A stretch of 62,922 nt of DNA, filler included, from Chiloscyllium plagiosum (Eukaryota), in NCBI RefSeq assembly GCF_004010195.1. It is 5 parts of one record of this genome, joined end to end, with 100 filler letters (N's around TTAATTAATTAA, not from the genome) between each part and the next. Parts side by side here need not be neighbours in the genome. Positions count along the whole stretch, not along the records: positions 51,430 to 59,866 come from NC_057712.1; positions 59,967 to 62,922 come from NC_057712.1; 3 more parts are not named here. One strand, 5' to 3'. Below, in pieces: positions 53,150 to 62,922 of this stretch (within the stretch, counting starts at the first letter, position 1; each line of letters begins with the position of its first letter). A model generated the notes under the pieces. That model was given only the letters and a program-made list of their open reading frames with translations, made no database searches and was not told the origin of the DNA. The position numbers were made by a program, and so were the translations under genes.

Positions 53150-53371
53150 GGAGAAAGTGAGGACTGCAGACGCTGGAGATCAGAGCTGAAAATGTATTGC
53201 TGGAAAAGCACAGCAGGTCAGGCAGCATCCAAGGAGCAGGAGAATCGACGTTTCGGGCATGAGCCCTTCTTCAGGAATCCTGAAGAAGGGCTCATGCCCG
53301 AAACGTCGATTTTCCTGCTCCTTGGATGCTGCCTGACCTGCTGTGCTTTTCCAGCAATACATTTTCAGCTC
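53150..53371. mobile_element. Near-perfect fold-back PLE-tail element (family A)
   Basis: About 94-bp inverted arms (53182-53275 / 53279-53371) around an AAT loop. 13-bp direct repeat GCTCTTTTGGGGA at 53129-53141 and 53368-53380. Confidence 0.85.
53272..53317 (+). ncRNA. Candidate minimal type I hammerhead ribozyme
   Basis: CAGG-AATC-CTGAAGA-A-GGGC-TCAT-GCCC-GAAA-C-GTC-GATT-TT-CCTG. Core, stem II, helix I (AATC/GATT, CAGG/CCTG) and GUC triplet are present. Helix III has no loop and would need a dimer. Confidence 0.6.
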
Positions 53372-54184
53372 TTTTGGGGAGTTGCTGGTAATTATTTACA
53401 TCACCATGTTAACTAACTGCAAAGGCAATGCTTGTTAAATATCAGGTAGGCAGTTGTTTCAGGCAATTCATGCGAGCTTTTCAAATCCTCATTGCTAATG
53501 AAAAACATTTGAAACTGTTTGAAACATCTTAACGCTTCAATGCCAAAACAAATTAGACTAAACATTACGTAATTTAGCACAAATCACAATTAAAGAAATA
53601 GGAAGGTTATTGTGCTGCATTGTGAATATCAGCAGCAGTTTCTGTCAATGCCTTGTTATTTTGAGTGAGCAATAAACATGGGGGAAGAATTAGATACCAC
53701 AAACAGAGGAAATCATCTCAGCGGATATTGATTTAACTCAAGTCTTAACAAAAACAGATTCTTCTGGGAAGAACACGTTAATACCTTGCAGCTTCAATGC
53801 AAGATAATAACTTCAACAAATACCAATTGGTCTATTGTCCCAGATCCTTGATTATTTTACTGTCTTCATTATTATAGCCCCGTGTTTCTGCTCCGGTGCA
53901 ATGTTCATCTTCCTTTTAAATTAAAGGTTGTTCCTCACACACTCTAATCTTAGTACCTGCCAAATATACCATTACTAGGAAGAGAAACATCTCCTAATCC
54001 ACTAGTGCACGGATAGGTGAGTTATCCCGTTCAATATCAGGATGTTAAAAAACATGGTATTAAAATGAGACTTAAAAAAAACAATCTGACGTGACGGAAC
54101 ATTTAGGTGAGCTGAGGAAAGCGAGATACTTACCAACAGAGAAAAAAATCAAAAAGGCAACAATTTGGACATAAAGATAAAATG

Positions 54185-54398
54185 TTAGTTAGACCACACT
54201 TGGATGATTGTGTACTGTTCAGGCACCACACTATAAGAAGGATGTGGAGGCTTTAGAGAGGGTGCAGAAGAGGTTTACCAACATGTTGCCTGGATTGGAG
54301 TGTATCAGCTTTAAGAAGAGATTGGAAAAACTTGGATTGTTTATGCGAGGGTGTCGGAGACAGAGGGGTAACCTGATAGAAGTGCATAGATTTAGGAA
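54185..54398 (+). mobile_element. CR1 ORF2 fragment
   Basis: PHYKKDVEALERVQKRFTNMLPGL. Confidence 0.85.
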
Positions 54399-56585
54399 AT
54401 AGACAATAGACAATAGGTGCAGGAGTAGGCCATTCTGCCCTTTGAGCCAGCACTACCATTCATTATGATCATGGTTGATCATCCTCAATCAGTCTCCTGT
54501 TCCTGCCTTATCCCCATAACCCTTGATTCCACTATCCTTAAGAGCTCTATCCAACTCTTTCTTGAGAGTATCCAGAGTCTTGGCCTCCATTGCCCTCTGG
54601 GGCAGAGCATTCCACACAGCCACCACTCTCTGGGTGAAGAAGTTTCTCCTCAACTCTGTTCTAAGTGGCCTACCCCTTATTTGTAAACTGTGTCCTCTGG
54701 TTCGGGACTCACCCATCAGTGGAAACATGCTTCCTGCCTCCAGAGTGTCCAATCCTTTAATAATCTTAGACGTCTCAATCAGATCCCCTCTCAGCCTTCT
54801 AAACTCAAGGGTATACAAGCCCAGTTGCTCCAACCTTTCAGCGTAAGATAGTCCCGCCATTCCTGGAATTGACCTCATGAACCTACGCTGCACTCCCTCA
54901 ATAGCCAGAATGTCATTCCTCAAATTTGGAGACCAAAGTTGCGCACAATATTCCAGGTGCGGTCTCACAGGGGCCCTGTACAGCTACAGAAGGACCTCTT
55001 TGCTTCTATACTCAATTCCTCTTGTTATGAAGGCCAGCATGCTATTAGCTTTCTTCACTGCCTACTGTACCTGCATGCTTGCTTTCATTGACTGATGTAC
55101 CAGAACACCTAGATCTCGTTGTACTGCCCCTTTACCTAAATTGATTCCATTTAGGTAGTAATCTGCCTTCCTGCTCTTGCCACCAAAGTGGATAACCACA
55201 CATTTATCCACATTAAACTGCATCTGCCATGCATCTGTCCAATCACCTAGCCTGTCCAGGTCACCCTGTATTCTCCTAACATCCTCCTCACATTTCACCC
55301 TGCCACCCAGCTTAGTATCATCATTTGTTTCCTGTCAGCCAACCAATTTTCAATCCATTTCAGTATTTTGCCCCTAATACCATGTGCCTTAATTTTGCTC
55401 ACTAACCTCCTACATGGGACTTTATCAAAGGCTTTCTGAAAGTCCAGGTATACTACATCCAATGGATCGCCCTTGTCCATCTTCAGAGTTACATCCTCAA
55501 AACAATTCCAGAAGATTAGTCAAGCATGATTTCCCCTTCATAAATCCATGCTGACTCTGACCTATCCTGTTACTGCTATCCAGATGTGTCGTAATTTCAT
55601 CCTTTATAATAGACTTCAGTATTTTTCCCACCACTGAGGTCAGACTAACTGGTTTATAATTCTGCTTTCTCTCTCCCTCCTTTCTTATAAAGTGGGACAA
55701 CATTAGCCACCCTCCAATCCGCAGGAACTGTTCCTGAATCTATAGAACATTGGAAAATAATCACCAACGCATCCACGATTTCTAGAGCCATCTCCTTCAG
55801 TACCCTGGGATGTAGACCATCAGGTCCCGGGGACTTATCTGCCTTCAGACCTAACAGTCTCTCCAACACCATTTCCTGCCTAATATAAATTCCCTTCAGT
55901 TCAGGTCCTTCAGCCACTATTACATCTGGGAGATTGCTCGTGTCTTCCCCAGTGAACACTGAACTAAAGTACCAATTCAACTCTTCTGCCATTTCTTTGT
56001 TCCCCGTAATAAATTCACCCATTTCTGTCTTCAAAGGCCCAATTTTAGTCTTAACCATTTATTTTCTTTTCACATACCTAAAAAAGCCTTTACTATCCTC
56101 CTTTATATTTTGGCCAGTTTACCTTCGTACCTTATTTTTTCTTTGCGTATTTCCTTTTTAGTTATCCTCTGTTGTTCTTTAAAAGCTTCCCAGTCCTCCG
56201 ATTTCCCACTCATCTTTGCTATGTTATACTTTTTCCCTTTTGTCTTTATATGGTCTTTAACTTCCCTCGTCAGCCATAGCCACCCCTGCCTCCCCTTAGG
56301 ATTGTTCTTCCTTTTTGGAATGAACTGATCCTGCATATTCTGCATTATACCCAGAAATACCTGCCATTTTTGCTCCACTGCTAACCCTACTAAGGTATTG
56401 CACCATTGAACTTTGGCCAGCTCCTCCCTCATAGCTCCATAGTTCCCCTTATTCAACTGAAATATTGTCACTTCCATTTGTACCCTCTCCCTTTCAAACT
56501 GCAGATTAAAGCTTATTGTATTGTGGTCACTACCTCCTAATGGCTCCTTTACTTCGAGGTCCCTGATCAAATCCGGTTCGTTGCA
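54399..56585 (-). mobile_element. Long CR1 LINE (ORF2 with frameshifts and an internal deletion, to 3' end)
   Basis: Consecutive ORF pieces: EPLGGSDHN, KSPGPDGLHPRVLKE, PVSLTSVVGKIL, YLDFQKAFDKVP, RPHLEYCAQLWSP. Confidence 0.95.
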
Positions 56586-58127
56586 NNNNNNNNNNNNNNN
56601 NNNNNNNNNNNNNNNNNNNNNNNNNNNNNNNNNNNNNNNNNNNNNNNNNNNNNNNNNNNNNNNNNNNNNNNNNNNNNNNNNNNNNNNNNNNNNNNNNNNN
56701 NNNNNNNNNNNNNNNNNNNNNNNNNNNNNNNNNNNNNNNNNNNNNNNNNNNNNNNNNNNNNNNNNNNNNNNNNNNNNNNNNNNNNNNNNNNNNNNNNNNN
56801 NNNNNNNNNNNNNNNNNNNNNNNNNNNNNNNNNNNNNNNNNNNNNNNNNNNNNNNNNNNNNNNNNNNNNNNNNNNNNNNNNNNNNNNNNNNNNNNNNNNN
56901 NNNNNNNNNNNNNNNNNNNNNNNNNNNNNNNNNNNNNNNNNNNNNNNNNNNNNNNNNNNNNNNNNNNNNNNNNNNNNNNNNNNNNNNNNNNNNNNNNNNN
57001 NNNNNNNNNNNNNNNNNNNNNNNNNNNNNNNNNNNNNNNNNNNNNNNNNNNNNNNNNNNNNNNNNNNNNNNNNNNNNNNNNNNNNGATGGGGTATAGGTG
57101 TATGGGATGGAGTATAGATGTATCGGATATGATATGGGTGTATGGGAAATCCAGGACCCCCTGAAACCCCCTGCCCCAGCTGCTTTGCTACATCTTCATC
57201 TGTCATATTATTCTATTCCTTGCTGGACTAGCCGGTGGCTGTGGTAATAACCCAGAGATTCCTCCCCTCGCAAGTCCTGTTTTCCAGCCTCTCTCTGCAG
57301 GAGCCCATCCCTTTCCCCATCTTTATCATTGGTGCCAATGTGCACAATGCCCATCTACCTGACTGAACCTGACTGTGCCCCCCTTCCCTGTAAGTCATGT
57401 CTCCCACACTCTCTGTCCCCTGAATACTCCACTGCTCCAACCCAAGCTCAGGCTGTGAGGAGCTGGGGCCTGTCATACGTCCTGCAGACACAGACGACAG
57501 TCTGATCTCCCCCTCCTGGCAGGGGCAGTACACTGTTCCCTGAACGGACCCCCCTCCCCAGCCGTTCACTGTACGAAGGATAAGTGAATCATGCGTTGCT
57601 CAGCTTTCTCACTGAGGGATACACTCGCAACAGCCCGCAGCATTTTCACCACACAGCAGTCCCTCTCCAACGGTTCTGGTGGTAATTAACTGGTTACTTC
57701 ACTGACAGCACAACCTTTAGAAACAGACTACGTCTCTTCTCAGGCCAAAACAAACTTTCTAACAGCCTCTCTCTCTGCTTCTGTATTTGGTGAGAGGAGG
57801 GGGAAGGTTGGACTAGGATTGTGACAATGTGGGTGGGATGTTTGGGATCAGCATGGTATTTAGGTGATGAGCAATATTTTGGGTGATATGATTGGCGTTT
57901 GGGTGGTGTTTGTGGTGTTTTGGTGATGTGCATAGTATTTGGCAATGATTGTAATGCTTGGTTAATCTACCTGGTATTCTAGTAATGAACATGGTACTTT
58001 GGTGATGCCTGTGATGTTTTGGTCATGATCACGGTGTTTTGATTATGGATGTGGTGTTTTGGTGATGAGTGCAGTTTTTGGGTGACATTTACACAATTTT
58101 ATGGATTTTCACACTATGTTTGCAGAG

Positions 58128-58853
58128 AATATGGTATTTTTGTGGTGAATGTGGTATGTTTGCGGTGAATGTGGTATTTTTTCAGTGAATGTGGTATTTT
58201 TGCAGTGAATGTGGTCTTNNNNNNNNNNNNNNNNNNNNNNNNNNNNNNNNNNNNNNNNNNNNNNNNNNNNNNNNNNNNNNNNNNNNNNNNNNNNNNNNNN
58301 NNNNNNNNNNNNNNNNNNNNNNNTTTTACGGTGAATGTGGTATTTTTTGTGGTGAATGTGGTATTTTTATGGTGAATGTGGTATTTTTGTGGTGAATGTG
58401 GTAATTTTACGGTGAATGTGGTATTTTTTGTGGTGAATGTGGTATTTTTATGGTGAATGTGGTATTTTTGTGGTGAATGTGGTAATTTTACGGTGAATGT
58501 GGTATTTTTTGTGGTGAATGTGGTATTTTTATGGTGAATGTGGTATTTTTGTGGTGAATGTGGTAATTTTACGGTGAATGTGGTATTTTTTGTGGTGAAT
58601 GTGGTATTTTTATGGTGAATGTGGTATTTTTGTGGTGAATGTGGTAATTTTACGGTGAATGTGGTATTTTTTGTGGTGAATGTGGTATTTTTATGGTGAA
58701 TGTGGTATTTTTGTGGTGAATGTGGTAATTTTACGGTGAATGTGGTATTTTTTGTGGTGAATGTGGTATTTTTATGGTGAATGTGGTATTTTTGTGGTGA
58801 ATGTGGTAATTTTACGGTGAATGTGGTATTTTTTGTGGTGAATGTGGTATTTT
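58128..58853 (+). repeat. 20-21-bp minisatellite (GGTGAATGTGGTA core) with an 81-bp higher-order repeat
   Basis: Four monomer variants recur in fixed order. The ACGG variant is at 58328, 58409, 58490 and onward. Confidence 0.95.
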
Positions 58854-59329
58854 ATCTGTTGCAATCCTATCGGCTGAGCAATCCTCACGGTCTGAAATGA
58901 GGTTTCAGTTTGGGTAAAAATACAGGAATTTCTGGAATCACTCTGCCGTTCCGGCAGCGCCTGTGGAGAGGTGAGCTGATATAAGAACTCAATGCCCGTC
59001 ATTGTAGAAAAGCAATGTTAACATTGATGTGTTTGGCAGCTGCAGGGAGCCTGTCTGGGAGGGAGCAGTCACAGGATCAGCTGCATTAGCAGCAGCACGT
59101 TGTCCCTGGCCTAGGTATTCTCTCATGTTCCTCTTTCTCCTTCACAGAGAAATTTGTATTCCCAACTCTGGCACCCTGGACAAGTACACTGGAGGACCCA
59201 AACCACAACACATCGTCAGGTAACAGGATTCACCGCTTTATTCCAAATGAACTTTGATCCAAATTCGGTCCTCAAATGTGTCGCTCAATCTCTGCTCGGG
59301 CAGATAGGTTTTACTGACTGGAGAACAGA

Positions 59330-59657
59330 CCCTAGAATCCCTGCAATGTGGAAGGAGGCCATTCAGCCCACCGACCCTCTGATGAGCGTCCCACCCTGGC
59401 CCAACACCCTACCCGATGATTAAGGCCCTGCACATCCCATAACCAATCCCTAAACACTATGGGCAACTTATCTTGGCCAATTCACATTGGCCTAAACCTG
59501 CACATCTTTGGAGTGGGGGAGGAAACCGGAGCGCCCGGAGGAAACCCGCACAGACACGGGGAGAACGTGCAAACTCCACACACAGAGTCGCCTGAGGCTG
59601 GAATCGAACCCGGGTCCCTGGCGCTGTGAGGCAGCAGTGCTAACCACTGTGCCACCA
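59330..59657 (-). mobile_element. HE1-like V-SINE
   Basis: Reverse complement of the other copies. Confidence 0.88.
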
Positions 59658-59699
59658 TGTCACCATGAGTGTCAGTTCATCATGAGTGACAGAAGTAGG

Positions 59700-59866
59700 T
59701 GGTAGCGAGGGAGTGTGGGAGGGAGGGAGTGAGGGAAGGAGTGAAGGAGGGAGGATGTGAGGAGGGAGAGAGAGTGAGGGAGTATGGTAGTGAGGGCGTA
59801 GGGAAGGAGGTAGTGAGGGGATGAGGGAGTGAGGGGGTGAGGGAGGAGTGAGGTAGTGAGAGGGTG
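59700..59866 (+). repeat. GA-rich low-complexity tract
   Basis: Repeated GAGGGAGT/GAGG units running into a gap. Confidence 0.85.
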
Positions 59867-59966
59867 NNNNNNNNNNNNNNNNNNNNNNNNNNNNNNNNNN
59901 NNNNNNNNNNTTAATTAATTAANNNNNNNNNNNNNNNNNNNNNNNNNNNNNNNNNNNNNNNNNNNN

Positions 59967-60512
59967 GTATTCCATGAGATCTAACCTTGCTAATCAGTCT
60001 CCCATGGGGAACCTTGTCGAACGCCTTACTGAAGTCCATATAGATCACATCTACCGCTCTGCCCTCATCAATCCTCTTTGTTACTTCTTCAAAAAACTCA
60101 ATCAAGTTTGTGAGACATGATTTCCCACACACAAAGCCATGGTGACTATCCCAAATCAGTCCTTGCCTTTCCAAATACATGTTCATCCTGTCTCTCAGGA
60201 TTCCCTCCAACAACTTGCCCACTACCGAGTTTAGGCTCACCAGTCTATAGTTCCCTGTCTTGTCTTTACCACCCTTCTTAAACAGTAGCACCACATTTGC
60301 CAATCTCCAGTCTTCCAGCACCTCACCTGTGACTATCGATGATACAAATATCTCAGCAAGAGGCCCAGCAATCACTTCTCTAGCTTTCCACAGAGTTCTT
60401 GGTACACCTGATCAAGTCCTGGGAATTTATCCACTTTTAACTGTTTCAAGGTATCCAGCACTTCCTCCTCTGTAATCTGGACATTTTGCAAGATGTCACC
60501 ATCTATTTCCCT
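59967..60512 (-). mobile_element. CR1 RT fragment
   Basis: GNYRLVSLNSVVGKLLE, HGFVCGKSCLTNL, YMDFSKAFDKVPH. Confidence 0.93.
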
Positions 60513-60699
60513 ACAGCATCCCATGCTAAATGCACAGTTTTAATAATATATCAATTGAAATGTTCAGCCAGAAAGAGGCAACTCACTCATTTCTCTGTGA
60601 GTTGAATTGTTTACCTCACATCTTGTGTAATAACTCAGAAAAACTCAACGGGAAAGGAACATCAGAATAGAGCCACCACTTGTGGTTTACATAGACAAG

Positions 60700-61520
60700 T
60701 CCCAGCTGGGGATAAACAGTTCTGTTGACCCATTCCTGGGATCCATAGTGAGATTAATTATTGAATCCTCATGCGTCTTGGAGGGGTTATCACAGTTTGA
60801 CAAATATTTGCCTTGCAAATGTTAAAGGGTAATGCGGTATCTAGGATCTTGATGTACAACAGGACCAGGGTCTATCTCATTGGTATTATCAGCTTTGTTT
60901 GCAGCAGGTAGTCTTTGTCCCCAGTAATAAGGTCCCTGGATCCCCAAATGCAATGGGTACACAAGAGTGCTCCAGAACGTAGGAGTCATGGTAGCTGTCA
61001 GGGTAACAGCCAAACTCCTCCAGGAAGTGGTGATGGTAATTAATGATAGCTAAACATTAATCAAATGGAAGTGTTTCTATTAGTGAATTCCACTGCGATG
61101 TACTACAGTTCTCTCACTGCCATGTGTGTACACTTGATAGAACCTGGAAGAAGCAAGCTATGTTTATGAATCCTACTGACTGAACTGCAGCACTAACTTC
61201 ATCTAAAGGGGAATGAAGTGAATTGATGTGGTCTTGTACAATGGTGTTGATCACTATCCTGATATATTTGCGGGTGCATGGCTGAGAGATCCCGCAGATT
61301 TCTCCCATCAACCAAAGTCTCACTGGATTCAGTTCAGACCATCGTTACACTCACATGAAGCGATGATGTGTGGCTCACACAGGACCCTGAGACGTTGCAC
61401 AAATTGTGGTTATCCTTCAGCCAGCATCAGCCTTTTGTGGTGCCATTGCTGCTCACTTCCATGGTATTGGGATATCCAAGCCAAATTTGCATGCACCAGT
61501 GGTAAGTAGCAAAATGCCTT
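60700..61520 (-). pseudogene. Decayed PIF/Harbinger (HARBI1-like, DDE_Tnp_4) transposase
   Basis: Colinear motifs across frames: GEICGISQPCTRKYIRIV, GFINIACF, GSIKCTHMAV (cf. GAIDCTH), FTNR/HFHLINV (cf. NRKGFHSLNVQ), YPDSYHDSYVLEHS (cf. PGSxHDS). Confidence 0.75.
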
Positions 61521-62335
61521 TGACCAGTATCTGACCACAGAGCACTTGCACTCTGAGTGCATAGCAACTGAGTGATGAAACAATTGCAAGTGAAATGTAG
61601 CAGCATTTGCAAGTGGGTCCTTCTTGTGTTTGTTACTACAATGTCACAATGCCAGCAAATCCTGTGCTTTCACCCACCAAACTGACGGTTACTCCATGGT
61701 TGTCTCAGCTATTTTCTAGTTGCATTTTACATCAAGAGGACAGAGTATGAAGGCAGGAAATGCAGTTTGTGGTTGATATTGTTAGCACCAGGTCCACCTG
61801 GTCTCCAAGTATCCACCCCCCCCCCCCCCCCCGCAAACATTCTCCATATCCCCTATTACCTCACACTAGTCTGACTGCCCATTTCAACACAAACCCCTTA
61901 CCACATGTGAAAACTCATCACATTGAAATTGGCCTGTGATAAGGTTAGGGTTAGGTCAGCAATTGTCCCCTCTGACCCCTGGCATGGTGCCCACCTTGCT
62001 CTTTCACACTCCACCCTGTGGGGGCTTGCACAGTGCTGCTCACTGTCAATAACCCTATACTCCAGTGGCTTTCCAATGTTGTTCCTCATACCCCTTATTC
62101 CACCGATATCTTTCTCCCATTGCTATCCTTGTCTCCACTTCTGGAAATGCCTCTTCTTTCCCCCATACATACCATAACTCCCTCAACTCTTCTGGCAGTG
62201 TTCCATCTGCTGCCCCACAGAACCCACCCTCCCCCCAAATCTTCCCAAAAGATCGAGCCCCAGGATAGTAATTTCCCTAAAGCTCTTCTTGTCTTTGATG
62301 AGCTGCCCTCAGGCATGAATAACCAAACCCCAGAC

Positions 62336-62922
62336 CATAGAACATAGAACATAGAACAATACAGCACAGAACAGGCCCTTCGGCCCACGATATTGTGCCG
62401 AACATTTGTCCTAGCTTAAGCACCCATCCATGTACCTATCCAATTGCTGCTTAAAGGTCACCAAAGATTCTGACTCTACCACTCCCACAGGCAGCGCATT
62501 CCATGCCCCCACCACTCTCTGGGTAAAGAACCCACCCCTGACATCTCCCCTATACCTTCCACCCTTCACCATAATGTTATGTCCCCTTGTAACACTCTGT
62601 TGTACCCGGAGGAAAATGTCTCTGACTGTCTACTCTATCTATTCCTCTGATCATCTTATAAACCTCTAGCAAGTCACCCCTCATCCTTCGCCGTTCCAAC
62701 GAGAAAAGGCCGAGAACTCTCAACCTAGCCTCGTACGACTTCCTCTCCATTCCAGGCAACATCCTGGTAAATCTTCTCTGCACCCCCTCCAAAGCTTCCA
62801 CATCTTTCCTAAAGTGAGGCGACCAGAACTGCACACAGTACTCCAAATGTGACCTAACCAAAGTCCTGTACAACTGCAACATCACTTCACGACTCTTGAA
62901 TTCAATCCCTCTGCTAACGAAC
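62336..62922 (-). mobile_element. CR1/HER1 LINE 3' part
   Basis: ORF 62577-62885 (LYRTLVRSHLEYCVQFWSPH...RMRGDL) and (TTCTATG)n tail. Confidence 0.93.

Noticed and set aside
53135..53416. Near-identical small proteins on both strands (MYCWKSTAGQAAS...)
   Set aside because: A by-product of the DNA palindrome, with no sign of coding function.
53785..53956. Candidate upstream WDR35 exon (AG...GT bounded on the minus strand)
   Set aside because: Stops in all three frames and no WDR35 similarity.
56103..57206. 367-aa ORF and other long ORFs containing X runs
   Set aside because: The length comes from N gaps. The real part is CR1 ORF2.
58128..58853. CRISPR-like array
   Set aside because: There are no unique spacers; the intervening bases are 7-8 nt T-rich variants in fixed order. 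Eukaryotic context and no cas genes. It is a minisatellite.
59700..59866. Functional G-quadruplex or telomeric repeat
   Set aside because: Irregular GA-rich simple sequence without a TTAGGG array, truncated by a gap. Nothing supports function.

Overview
Repeat-rich vertebrate genomic DNA, most likely from a shark (inferred from HE1-like V-SINEs, HER1/CR1-type LINEs and the WDR35 sequence). It contains assembly gaps, four of them artificial 44N-TTAATTAATTAA-44N spacers. The only host gene I can support is five consecutive in-phase internal exons of WDR35 (IFT121, IFT-A complex) on the minus strand (43975 down to 29314), all within one linker-bounded contig. The rest is mostly mobile DNA: CR1, RTE and Rex1-type LINE fragments, tRNA-derived SINEs, three or four decayed PIF/Harbinger remnants, a solo LTR with a nested CR1, and many Penelope-like element (PLE) pieces. 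The most interesting signal is that the PLE tails carry a minimal hammerhead-ribozyme core (CUGANGA-A-stem II-GAAA-palindromic tetramer). This core occurs in three sequence families with covarying stem II, and one family inserts as short fold-back elements with 13-21 bp flanking direct repeats. Other notable structure: a 94-bp exact templated insertion, two CR1 copies sharing a micro-inversion and a likely conversion tract, a 264-bp intronic inverted duplication, and a minisatellite with an 81-bp higher-order period. All calls come from manual reading with no database searches, so repeat boundaries are approximate.
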